A stretch of DNA of 64,000 nucleotides from the NCBI GenBank assembly GCA_040285855.1, contig JAUFOQ010000006.1:930001-994000 (forward strand), written 5' to 3'. Shown here piece after piece: positions 37,800-50,140 of the stretch; the stretch's first letter is position 1; each line of letters opens with the position of its first letter. Below the pieces are notes generated by a model. It was not told the origin of the DNA. It made no database searches and worked only from the letters and a program-made list of their open reading frames with translations. Both the position numbers and the translations under genes were made by a program. The stretch comes from Eukaryota sp. GEM-RC1. Its lineage: Eukaryota.

Positions 37800-38590
37800 C
37801 GGAATCTCAATGTCTTTGAACGAATCTTCTCTTGAAGTGATGTCAAGTCTGTTAGTACAATATCACGAACACTGCAACAGAAGTTTGATAACCTTATGCA
37901 ATTGTTGTCATTGTACTTCGTTAGGAGATGATTCTGTGACCACATCTATATCAACTTCCTTAAAAGATCTTGTGTCAACTCTGTTCTACCCTTCATCAGA
38001 AACTTCTAATGTTGAGGAAGTCTTAATCAGAGTATCTCATCTTTGGCAGTTCACGCCTCTACTCAACAGTTTTCTCAACTGGACAGGTTTAATTGATATT
38101 CTTCTTCATTGTTGTCTCAATGATGATACTTGTTTATTTTTGAAACATTTACATTTGCTGATCAATAGTTTTGCTTGTTTAGTTGGTATATTATTTTGTC
38201 ACAGTTCTCGATCTTCTACAACTTTATTAATTCCTGTACTCCTCCAAAGTTCACTTCATGATGATGGTCATTTAAGATTTGATTATTTTAAAAAGATTGA
38301 GGATAAATTGTTGCTATTACTTGAGGACAATGATTATTATCTATCTGTTTCAAAGTTTGTTTTGATTTTTGTTAACATTGTTTTAGCAAAAGGTAATTGT
38401 AATGATTATACTGAAGTTGTCAATTTGTTTAGTTTTATTTTTAGAACGAAGTGATTTTGTTGACTTGAAACATGTTTTGACTTGGAAAATGTCAGGAAAT
38501 GATGAGATTGATGTGGAGAATTTATGTGATGAGTTGTTGCAGTTTAATGATAGTGTAGTGAAGTATGTTTGTAAGTATTTGTGTAAGTAG
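37765..38590 (+). CDS. Hypothetical element protein (frameshift at ~38440 in copy 1 only)
   Basis: ORFs 37765-38454 and 38402-38590. The 3' part is continuous in copy 2 (59321-59797). Confidence 0.45.
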
Positions 38591-38596
38591 ATACAT

Positions 38597-38846
38597 ATTG
38601 TTACACATCTTGTATTACACATCTTGTATTACACATCTTGTATTACACATCTTGTATTACACATCTTGTATTACACATCTTGTAAAACACATCTTGTAAA
38701 ACACATCTTGTGTTACAAATGTTGTATTACAGATCTTGTGAAACACATCTTGTAAAACACATCTTGTAAAACACATCTTGTGTTACAAATGTTGTATTAC
38801 AGATCTTGTGAAACACATCTTGTATTACAGATCTTGTGAAACACAT
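38597..38846. repeat. 14-bp minisatellite (TTACACATCTTGTA and variants)
   Basis: Tandem 14-mers starting just after the stop codon at 38590. Confidence 0.95.
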
Positions 38847-39647
38847 CCAGTCTTGTATCTACATCCACATTTTCTTCATCCAAACTCATATCCACAACGA
38901 AGCCACACTCTGTTACTTCTCGTTCTTTAAGAGTTATGTGACTCCCCAAACTGAAGGCTAGTGACATTTGCTGAAGACATACACCCGATACACATGTTAA
39001 ATGCCATATTGTTACCCCTTGGTCTTTGATTCTCCTTCTTGTATAATAAACAGCTAGTGTCTCGTTTGCGTATCGTCGTTGCATATCTTTTATATGACAA
39101 CATCAAGACATGACAATTCTAATCCCAGTCAAACAGACTTACGCGTACTCTTTATTGTTTGGTCAATCCACTGCTTTACACTTCTCGCCAAACTTATCGG
39201 AAACACATTCACTCTTTTCCTCTTTTAACATTTTGTGTTGATTCTATTGGAAGACGGTGCTAGATGTATTAGTTAGTCGCTGAGTAATGTCGCTGAGTAA
39301 TATCATAATAGTTGGAAAGTAAGATTTGATCTATAAACAAGAAGACATAGATGTTAAAACGAAGTTTACTATTACAAAAAGAAGTCAGAGATGATACATA
39401 TAAACATACAAACACACATCCTCCATCACTACTACTGGTGTGATATAGAAAATTCTTGCATATGAATCGTATGGAAGGACAAATGTTCACAGAATCAATA
39501 TAAAAGGACTTGAAGTCGTGAACTGCGGAAATGTGAGATTGTAATACCCCGACTGAAATACAGTCCCTGGATAAAGTCATAGTTTGAAGTGAAAGAGAAA
39601 TTTGATGAAGACCAAGTTTCCCTGCGCTCAAACAATCCATCAACTCA

Positions 39648-42144
39648 ATGGCACCAACCTCTTTACACAACATCAATCTCACAGATGACCAACGTGAGAT
39701 CTTTAACGCAATCACTACCAGCAGACACAACTTCTTTGTCACTGGTGGTGCAGGATCAGGAAAATCTTATCTTTTACATGCTCTCAAATACTGGTGGAAT
39801 AACGCAGGATCTCGTCTCATGCGTGCTAATGGTGAAATCTTCTTCACTGCAACAACTGGGGTTGCCTCAACTGTTTTTGGTGGACAGACCATACACTCAC
39901 TGTTTGGTTATAAGTTTATGAAAGAAGAAGAATCCATACATGATGTTATCAAATGTATGCCATCAAATGTCAAAATTTTGTTAAAAAATATTACTCCAAA
40001 AAATACAATGTTAATCATTGATGAAATTTCAATGTTATCCTCCAATTTGTTTCAACGGGCGAGTGACATTTTGGGCGAACTTATGCACACGCAAAAATGT
40101 CACTCTCCGAAGAAACCATTTGGAGGAATTCAGATAATTTGTTTTGGGGACTTTCTTCAATTAGCCCCTGTTGTGAAAAGTCTTGATGGAAAAGGAAATC
40201 GAAAAGTGGTAATTTCTGATTTCGCTTTTTCATCAAGAGCTTGGAACAATTTAAATTTTAAATATTGTGAACTGGCTGGAAGTATTCGTCAGCAATCAGA
40301 CTCAAAATTTTTTAATTTTCTAAATCAATTGAGATTGGGTCTGTTAGATAATTTTATGAAATCAATTCTGCGTACTCATTTCGAAACAGCAGAATCTGTT
40401 GAAAACCCAACAATTTTATACGGAAAGAATACTGATGTTGCTAGAGAAAATTTTAAACAATTCAAACTTCTGGCCAAAATTCAGATTCAATTGAATTTGT
40501 AGCTGTTGACAAATTCAATGAATCTGAATTAAAATCTCAAATCAGAAAAAGAAGTTCTAGATTTCCAGTCAATGAATCTAATTTGGAAAAATATTATGAC
40601 ATTGAAACTTCTGTGCTGACAAGTCGCTTGGATGACTTTGCTGAAAAAAAACTAGAATGCGTTGTGGGTGGACAAGTGATGTACACTCAAAATAAGCCTG
40701 AACTTGGACTAGTTAATGGTTCAAAAGGAGTTATTGTTAATTTTTCAGATTCATATATTGATGTTCGGTTCAACGCTGAAGCAGAACCGAAAAGAATCAG
40801 TCAGTCAAGGTTTGCTATCGAACACTTGAACGAAATCGGAAGACCTGTTCAAGTGGCGAAAAGAATTCAGTTTCCGCTAAGACCTTGCTGGGCGATAACA
40901 GTGCATCGATCCCAAGGTTTAACAATTGACGGGATTGAAGTTGCTATCCAGTTTTGGGAATATGCCCAACTTTATGTGACCTTAAGTAGGGTTAGGTCTT
41001 GGAGGAGTTTAAAGATTTTAAGTATTGGAAGAAGTTATCCGGTACCAAATTTGGAATTGTACCAATGGTATTATTCAACTTTTCATCCTGTTAAACCATC
41101 CACTATTGATTTGTATGTTTTGGGAAATCAACATTGTCTTCAACGAGATTTCAATCATTTTAATTCATTGTTTGCAAACTTTTGTGCAGAATCGAGTGAA
41201 CCAATTATGGATGATGTTGTTGTTCCTGAAATTGTTCATGGTGTTGATGAAATTGTTGATGAAGTTGTTGTTGATAATGTTGATGAACAAATTATTGAAA
41301 ATAATGATAATCAAATTATTGACTTTGAAAAAATCGTTTAAATCATTTAGACAAATCAAATTTATTTGAAACAGAAGCTGTACTATCAGGATCCGATTCT
41401 GGTGATGAATCTGATAGTGATACAATTTCAACAAGTTTAGATGATTTTGTTGTAAATGATGAACTTGAAGAAGATGAAACTAATATTCCTCCCAAATTTA
41501 TTAATTGTGACTCAATTTTTAACAAAAATTCCCCAGAGATTGGTGTCAATAAGTCTAAACTTCCTCAGTTACCACGAGGCAACATTACTCTACCATCGCT
41601 TCCCCGTTTGAAGAAAACCCCTTTACCAACGAAGAATTTATTATTAAAAAAGAATGTCAGTGCTGGTATAGAAAGAAAAAGTTCCCAAGTATTTCCTCTT
41701 ATTGATGATGAAAAGCGATTTTGTCTCAAGGAAGTTCAAACTGAAAGCTTTGAAAATGAAAAATGTGATTCCATATGTGAATATCAACAAACTGACAATA
41801 TGACTTATGAAACAATATCATTGTCTCCTATTTTGGAGTATAATCGTGTTGCTACTTCAAAACAATTGAGAGTGGACTTAACTATTGGAATTCAGTCAAT
41901 TGTCGATAATGTACTAGATTGTATTGGATCTGAATATGCATCAAGTATGGAAGTGAAAACAATAAGAAACTGTTACATTACCGATGTGATTAATAGGGAT
42001 AATGTTGATGAACGTTATTGTAGTGATGTGCTTGTGGAATTGTTTCATGTTTTGAAAGAGTATTTGAAAAATGATGAAAAGACTGGTATGTGTGTTTTAT
42101 TTGAATTATATTTAATTTTGAAAAAGATTGGAAAATATAGGTAA
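39648..42144 (+). CDS. PIF1-family (SF1B) DNA helicase with acidic C-terminal extension, two -1 frameshifts
   Basis: TGGAGSGKS, TATTGVAS, GQTIHS, IIDEISM, PFGGIQIICFGDFLQLAPV, RQ, LVNGSKG, RIQFPLRPCWAITVHRSQGLT and QLYVTLSRV motifs. Confidence 0.92.
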
Positions 42145-42160
42145 TTTTGATAGTTTCATT

Positions 42161-42520
42161 TTGTGTTACACATCTTGTAAAACACATCTTGTAAAACACA
42201 TCTTGTATTACAAATCTTGTATTACACATCTTGTGTTACACATCTTGTAAAACACATCTTGTATTACAAATCTTGTATTACAGATCTTGTGTTACACATC
42301 TTGTAAAACACATCTTGTATTACACATCTTGTGTTACAGATCTTGTGTTACAAATGTTGTATTACAGATCTTGTGTTACAGATCTTGTGTTACAAATGTT
42401 GTATTACAGATCTTGTGTTACACATCTTGTGTTACACATCTTGTAAAACACATCTTGTGTTACAGATCTTGTGTTTCAAATGTTGTATTACAGATCTTGT
42501 AAAACACATTTTGTGTTACA
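42161..42520. repeat. 14-bp minisatellite, same family
   Basis: Tandem TTACACATCTTGTA / TTACAGATCTTGTG / TTACAAATGTTGTA after the PIF1 stop. A related array lies at 42709-42798. Confidence 0.95.
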
Positions 42521-43262
42521 GAAAGCACTTGTAGTTTTGTAAATTCTAATATAAAATAGTCAACAATTCAAAAGATCGAAGGTGTTCTTTTCAGTCAACT
42601 CTAGACATTAATAGTGAATATCTTTCTTGGCTGGGTTAACACATTGATTAGTGAAGACAGATAAGAGTCATGTCTAGGTCAACAATTCATTACACATACG
42701 ACACTTTCATTACAAATGTTGTAGTTACAAATGTTGTATCACCAAATGTTGTAGTTACAAATGTTGTATCACCAAATGTTGTATCACCAAATGTTGTACA
42801 TGTAGTTATAACTTGGTGTCTTTGTGTCTTCTGATGAATGAAGCTTCATGGACTTGATGTCGTTGACCTTAGTCTCATTCCAGATAGCATCTGATAGAAT
42901 TGAAAAATGCAGTCAAAAATGACTGAAGACACAGCAGTGTATTACACGATCAGAGTTGTAGCAAACCTTAGTGTTTTCCTTTGGAGGATAAGATGTCAAT
43001 GTGATGTACGTGTAGTAGGATGGTTGTACAACGTTGAGTTTATTCATGACATGGTTGAACACGGTTCACAAGTCTAAGAACGAACACCTGCAAACACGTC
43101 TCTATCTTGAAAGAAGCTCAACACTGGATATCAAACGATGTATGGAATCCATCAAAGAAGGTATAAGTGAATCAGTTTGGGGATATGTGGTTATGGGGTG
43201 AAGAGTTTTTGGGGTAAAATGATTTTGGGGAGTATGCACCCCAAATGAATTCAACACTAGTA

Positions 43263-43898
43263 CACTGGTTTGTCTAATTAGTCTCATCAGCTAATTAGTC
43301 TCATCAGCTAATTAGTCTCATCAGCAATTTAGTCTCAGTGAGACTTATTCTAAAATTGACCTTTAAATTTTGTCAGTGAGACAATAATCCAAATAAACTC
43401 TGTGTATATTTCTATTATGTTTTGTTTTTCCTATGTCCTATCTTTGAGTACTGCTCTCATGTCTCTTCATAACCAATAGCTCTCAGTGTCTGTTTCCGTT
43501 TAAGCACGCATCTCTCGACCTCACAACCCTGCTGTTAGTATTTCCGACGAAGATAATTGGAATTCTGATGGTATTACGGACTAGATAAGCTGTAGTTAGA
43601 CTTGGACTCAGTTTTAGCAATTAGGCATCACTCAATTGTGCCTTGTTTTTGAAGAACATAAATGAAAATATTCGCAGTGTTTTTATGGGAATCATATTAT
43701 CAATGATCAATAGTTTTTCGCAATGAATACTAAAAAGCAATGGTAAAGTATTCTTGAAATTAGTCTCACCTTTTGAATTAGTCTCATCAGCAAATTAGTC
43801 TCATCAGATAAATAGTCTCAGTGAGACTAATTCTAAAATTGATGACGAAAACTTTCCTTGCAAATTAGTCTCAGTGAGACTAATTAGACAAACCAGTG
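43263..43898. mobile_element. MITE, Tc1/mariner-like (TA target duplication)
   Basis: 24-bp TIR CACTGGTTTGTCTAATTAGTCTCA at both ends, TA on each side, and subterminal AATTAGTCTCATCAG repeats. Confidence 0.88.
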
Positions 43899-44893
43899 TA
43901 GTTCTGGGTTCTGTTTACTGTAGTTAAAAACCTGTTTAGTAGTTTTCAAGTGCATGTAGCTGTATGTTCATCTACTTAGGATGCATTACTTTCTGTCATA
44001 AAAACAAATATCAACAACTAAACACAACCTCATCCAGTTTCTAGTCAACATATGGGTTGCATATTTACCCAGGAATCATGTCCTTGAAACTCAGTTGATA
44101 GTTGACTAACAAACACTGACAAACAAATAATAATAAGATTAAATCCAAACGACTTCATCACCATCCATTAAAAATTCGATACATTATTTGATCTAGTATA
44201 GTACTCAGAAATTACAGTGTATTTTAATACTACTACTCAAGTCTTCTCTCAAGTACTCAAGTACATGTAATACACATTTCCACCTTTTCAAATATGGTGA
44301 CATCAGGTCTAGTGGACAAATATATACCAGATTTTCCACAACAGTGATACTATAAAATGTTGGGTGACCTACTCTGAATTCAGAAAATCGTGTATATCCA
44401 CTGAAGTGAAGTTCAATCACTTAATGCAGTGGTTCTGTGTTTTGTCCACCTTTTGAGATTTGAAAGGAAATGAAGATGGACCAAAAACCAATAACAATAT
44501 GACATTTACATCCAACACCCCAACGATGTGTGAAGCGAATCACTGTGTAAACTGAAGAACGATGGAGCTTAGAACGGTAACGAGATGATACAGAACAACT
44601 GAACAATATTCCCGCATTTTTGGATTCCAATGATGGCAACTTTAAGAGAGAGAGACTGGGTTTGTACGTACAAATTTGGACTTCGATTTCAAGAAGGGTC
44701 TTGATCAAGACTAAGAGTAAAGAAGTCACAAAACTACATTTGGAGCAACTAAAGGAACGAAAACTTGAATTGCTGCAATTCCGAATTGAAAAATGGGCCG
44801 CCAAAAATTGTCTGGGAAGTAGAATTTGATTCTGTTTTCTCATTTCGAATTTTGTATTGTCAAATATTTCCATTCACTCACTGTAGAAACCAT

Positions 44894-46009
44894 ATGTCAT
44901 CACGTGCACCTAGTTACCAACGTTCAAACAAAAAGAGGTTCATCGGAATAGCCATTGTGGTGTTGCTATTGATCGCCATCGTTGCTGTTGTTGCTGTTGT
45001 GGTTCTGTCTGCCTCAGATGATAAAAATGATCCTGAAGAAAAAGATATTGTCTACAGACAGGTTTCCATGACCATAGGTAGCAGTGGGTTTGCTATGAAT
45101 CAATGCCAAACTTGTGTGGTACTCAAAGACTGACCCAGCATCTGGAGACCAATTCGAGATTGTTGCGGATTACACTGAACACAAACTCTACCGCCTGGAA
45201 GAAGGAACAACACAGTGTTACAAGGATGTCATTCTACCAGAGGAAGATGAAGCTCAGCTAATTGAACAACGTCTAATGATGCTCCCTCCCAAGGATGCTG
45301 AGAAGGCTGACACTAAACTGGTTGGTGGCAAATCCTGCCAAATGTACAAAGCCTCTGTGACGACAGCCGATGAAACCACTTTGAGTGTAGAGTGGTGTGT
45401 TGCTGATAAGCTGGTATTGGAAGTGGTTGCTCATGACGGAAGTGACTCCCATACCTTTTGCTAACCAGTACGAAGCTTCCCTCAGATGATCCTCGAATGT
45501 CAATTGACTCGTTCTGTGAATCCATTGAGGACCAAGACATCGTACACAGAAGTGTGGGTTTTGACGGATTTGACAATCCTAGAATGACGGACTACTTCTA
45601 TTTCGGTATCGACTATGATGCCCAAGCTCTCCACCTTGAAAAAGACGATGGAAGTACTACCATTGCCAAGTTGAATAACAACCAGTTTGACGTATACACC
45701 AAGAACGGTGCTTGTTCCTTTGAAAACAAGTGGGATTATGACCTGGATCTTTTACTGATTGGTTTGCTCCCACCAAAGGACGCTGAGCTTATTGGCACAA
45801 AAAAGACCAGAAACAACAAAACTTGCAGAGTGTATGAGGCCAATGTTCGAGCCTTAGAAGGAGAAACTTACATTCTTCATTGGTGTGTTGTTGACCGTTT
45901 GGTTTACGAAGTATCTGATGACTGGGGTGATTTTGATTGGAATATCCAATATCATGAAGTATTGTCGGCAGTGTTTTTCGATGAAAACACTTTGTGTCCC
46001 GATTTGTAA
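44894..46009 (+). CDS. Type II membrane-anchored protein with a duplicated extracellular domain, frameshifted
   Basis: N-terminal TM helix. Two repeats DY...L...C...PPKDAE...K.C..Y.A...WCV. Split into three ORFs. Confidence 0.6.
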
Positions 46010-46824
46010 TGTTCAATTTTCGAAAATAAACCAAATTTGAAAGGCCGGCCTAAACTACAGTAAAAACAGTTTACGTGTGCACTGTTGTGAAGTAAAATTT
46101 GAACACCATTATTTAAAGTTACTGAAGTAATTAATGTACGGCAAATGTGAAGTATAAGGTTGCTCAATTTACAAAAGTCTTCAGGAACGATGGACCATAC
46201 ATTAATTGACATAATCCACAGAAAATTAACTTCTGTAAAGACCTGGAACAATCAATTAAAGTGCTATATTTATGGTTTCGCCAAAAATTTACGTCATTGA
46301 GACAAATTGATGTTCTGATATTTCTATATGTAATTCAGCAGAACTTTGTTTATTCCTGATTCAGTTTCCCGATGTGGATTTTTACGACTAACTTGTATTG
46401 TACAATAATTTTACTGTCAATCAAGATCTTTGTTCAAACATTAAACTGTTTTTCACTAATGCATTTCTTCACGACAACAGCAAACAGTATACCTGTGAGC
46501 AGGAAACAACGAAATATCAAAAGAAAGACGTGTTTTTTAAAACACTGAAGATGTGTTATCAACAGCACCACAGCTCTTCCACAATTTGGTAACAATTGAC
46601 TCAATACTTTGGGACAAGGATTTGAACAGAGAATTGGTCAAATGGCACCACTACTAGTAGCATAAGTTCGATATTGGCACTTTCATCTTAGTTTCTGCAT
46701 TAGTGTCGTTCAAACTACATGTAGAGCTGTTTTGATCTAAGATAATAACTTGACACGTGTAGACACGAAAGACTAAGTGTTATCATCTTATTTTAGAGGA
46801 CATCTTCTAAAGCGAGCGCCTCCC

Positions 46825-47657
46825 ATGCTCCTTCTGCTAGAAAACTTTGTTGGATTCCTCGCAACCGCAATATGTGTTGTTTCTTATCTTAGCAATGTAC
46901 AACCCCACATCACTGTTAGAAGGACCCGCCAGCGCGTAAACGAGTATGGAAGGTACGGTCTCGGCTTTCTCTAAACTTCAGCAATATTGTAGTCACACAT
47001 TGGCATATGTTCAACGCTCTCTTCTACGGCTACCTAATCCTTGATGTCTTCTTGGTGCTCACAAGTGGGGTAGGTTTAATTAGTACATTGTTCTATCTTC
47101 TTACACTACTCTACTATGGATCGGACCCCATGTACATGGAGTACACTCTCATCTCCTTCTACATGTTTGCTCTCGCATTTTTCACTGTCTACACATTTGT
47201 CCTTCCTACTGAATATCGATTCCAAAGTGTCCAAATACTCAACATAACGTCAAATCTGTTCTGTTCTCTGTTTCTCCTTCAACCAATCATAGCCAGCTTC
47301 CGTACCAAGGTCAATTTCAATCCCAAGTACTACACCTACTTCAATACAGTCAACATCTGTTTATGGACTTTATATGGATTTCTAAAGAAAGACGTTGTCT
47401 TGTTCTATCCTCATTTAGTTCAAGGACTTCTCAGATTTATTCAGTGTTGGCAAGTCTATTATTACTCCCCAGTGACAACAAGTGAAACCAATATCGAATC
47501 ACCTTCCGTTGTTGATCCTGATGTTCATGTCCAATCTGAAGTCGCGTTTGACGATGCTGATGCTTTGTCTATTATTGAGCGGTCTATATCCACTGTTAGT
47601 TTGTCAATGTTGGAGGAATCAGATTTTGGATATGCTAGTGCTGTGGTTAAGGTTTAA
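46825..47657 (+). CDS. SWEET/MtN3-like sugar transporter, one intron
   Basis: Multi-TM ORF with N..LW.LYG.L..D.....P motif. A 29-nt intron at 46953-46981 joins the N-terminal exon. Confidence 0.75.
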
Positions 47658-47999
47658 GTTCGTAAACTGTAGTAGCTTTTAGGTAATTAAAAGAATAAAT
47701 ATCCTTCTAATTGTCTAGGTAGCTCTTAAAACGAATCCTTCTTAAGGAAGCTAGATGGATGAACAACACTCAATAGAACACTGTCTGTTTAATTAGTTTA
47801 AACTGTTCTATGTACGTTCCAACTCTTTGTGGCTCTTGGTGTAATATAAATGGGGACACCAATCTAAGGGGAGTTTTAATGACAGTGAATGTTGTTTTAA
47901 TAATGTTGAGTTCTTGTTTTTGTACTTATTATCAGCTCAATATACGTACGTAGAATAATTACAGCTCTTTGTCTATTCATCGTTGGTTAGAATCTTCTC

Positions 48000-48290
48000 T
48001 TCAAGTATTCACTCCCAAATATACAGTGCATGAAGTGTTTGATAATATTGATCTATTTTCAAGTGATGTTTATAGCATTGGAATTCTCCTATACGAAGTT
48101 CTGTGTAATTAAGTTGCTTTTGAAAGCATGACTGTTGCCGTTGTTCTACGTCAGAAAGTTTCTGGAGTTTGGCCATCTTTCCCTCACAGAGTGCCACTTG
48201 CTCTCCAGTCAGTGATTGCTGTAAAGTGAATCCCAATGACAGACCATCTCTTGCAGACATTTTAGAAGTATTACAGAGTCTTGATGTTGA
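48000..48290 (+). pseudogene. Protein kinase C-lobe remnant
   Basis: DVYSIGILLYEVLC and DCCKVNPNDRPSLADIL fragments with stops. Confidence 0.65.
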
Positions 48291-50140
48291 AGGTGGTCTT
48301 CTTTTGAGGTGTTCAGTTTTTGTTTTCAAATGTTTCAAAAATTCTAATTATGTTTTCCATGTTAAAAACTCGACATATCCAAGTGAATTATAGACGTTTT
48401 GGTTTCGTTGTTTTAATGTTGATGATGAAATTAGGCGGTTGTTTGTTGAAATTCATTTGTTGGAATTTTGGATGTTGCAAAGCCTTTTTGGGGAAACTCG
48501 ATGTAATTCTCAAAAAACATGAAATTTGTTGAGATTATAGAAAATGTGGTGTCGATAATTCTGAATTGCTTTTCCACACAGCATAAAACTTTTGAAACAA
48601 TTGAGCCAGACGATCTCAAAAGACCTCAACTACAGTTGTCAAACCAGTAATTGCTGAAGCAGATACAATTAGCACGGGTTCACCCGCAGTTTCAATCATC
48701 CCCTTAAATGGAGATCCAATCAACTTATTTACTGAGTTGGCCACTTGGTATGCATCTGAATAGTCAAATCTTCTAGGTTTAGTCCCCAATCATCTCTACC
48801 TTCATTACCATCTGTTTCTAGAAACAAACCGTCTCTTACCAGTTTCTCCAAGACTATTAGTAATCTAAATTAGCCGATAACTCTAATCCAAGGTTTGCAA
48901 TCCCACATTAAGCGTGCTTCAAGATTGGTAGATGCTCAGAGATCATCTTTTGCTTCTCACCCTGCTGATTGTTTCCAATGAATTGTCTGGAGCAATGTGC
49001 GCAAATCGTTGGTACATACCGATTTATTTTATCCATACCGATGTCATTTGATTTTATGAACAGCATATTTATGAATGATCGAAATGGATTTACAAATAAT
49101 ATTTTTCGAGTGGAGGTTCATTCTAGTCAAACACAGTGCTAGTGCAAATTGCTACTTCATCATCTGATTGTTTGGAAATCCAATCTGTGGGTTTTGGGCC
49201 CTTTATCATTGTTATATTTCGTCGTAGCCACTCAATAAATACATTGCAATTCGAAGCAGCTACTACTATTGTTGATTTCGAGCGATTGCTGAGCTTCTTA
49301 CGTAAAAATGTCATTTTGGGGAAGCTGTGGTCAGCAAATGACGTACCCTAAATTTGAATAAGTGTGACAATCACGATTTTGATATCCTGAGCAATGTTTA
49401 ACGGTAGAATTTATGACGATGGTAACTGTTAAAATCTCACATTGGATCACCATGTTCTAAATTTTAGTCGGTCAAAAGAACAGTACCGGTACTTGTACCG
49501 TACGTACGTACGGTACGCCTAAAATCGCCGCGGTACGGAACATTTGCGTTCCGGACCTGGAGTAGCGGGTATTCTTAATAGTTTATAAAAATTTAGTTAT
49601 TGTATTGTTCAAAATTTGTTGGATTAATTAGTTCACCACCAAGTAAACACTAAATGCAAATAGGAGAATTTTCAATTTTTTAATATGTGTTCAAAGTAGA
49701 TTTGTAAGGGGTACAAGTCTTTGGTACTTACTGACGGATATCATCCGTACTAATGTCATATGATGTTAGATATGAATGAGTGGAGGTTCATCCACTCCCC
49801 AAACTTAACACTATTCCTAGTTTCTTATAATGTCTACCCTGGCTATGGTCCGCTGTTTTATATCGTGCGTACCAAATTGAGCGTACTATATCCAGAGTAG
49901 ACTGTACGTGTGCCTCTTCTGATCATTTAATAGTCCAATTCTTAGGTTTTTGGGCCGAATATGATTGATCTCATAACAGTTACCGCTCCAATGCGGGCTA
50001 AAGACGATACAGTTGTTTTTATGCGATTCCAGAGCTTCATATGTACCATTACCATTTTGGGAACGCTGTGGACTTCACTTGACTTAGCTTGACTTGCATT
50101 TGATAGAAGATATCTTTTCACGTCATCTCCATTATCCTCC

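Larger units (their letters stand above)
21804..43260. mobile_element. Large Fanzor1/Ulp1/DEAH/PIF1 element, copy 1 (right end inferred)
   Basis: Identity with the copy at 53952 begins abruptly at CTGTGAATTTC with unrelated flanks. Cargo is shared. Candidate right end is a hairpin plus CTAG at 43224-43260. Confidence 0.8.

Noticed and set aside
36600..39640. Helitron HUH Rep upstream of PIF1
   Set aside because: No convincing HUH or YxxKY motif and no long plus-strand ORF is visible. A canonical Helitron call is unsupported.
42231..42534. ORFs MCYTSCKTHL..., and similar at 38383-38622 and 59614-59829
   Set aside because: They are translation artefacts of the 14-bp satellite or antisense shadows of neighbouring ORFs.
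49495..49516. Perfect 22-bp palindrome GTACCGTACGTACGTACGGTAC
   Set aside because: Low-complexity GTAC repeats, probably a transposon-end remnant. No matching end or TSD was found.
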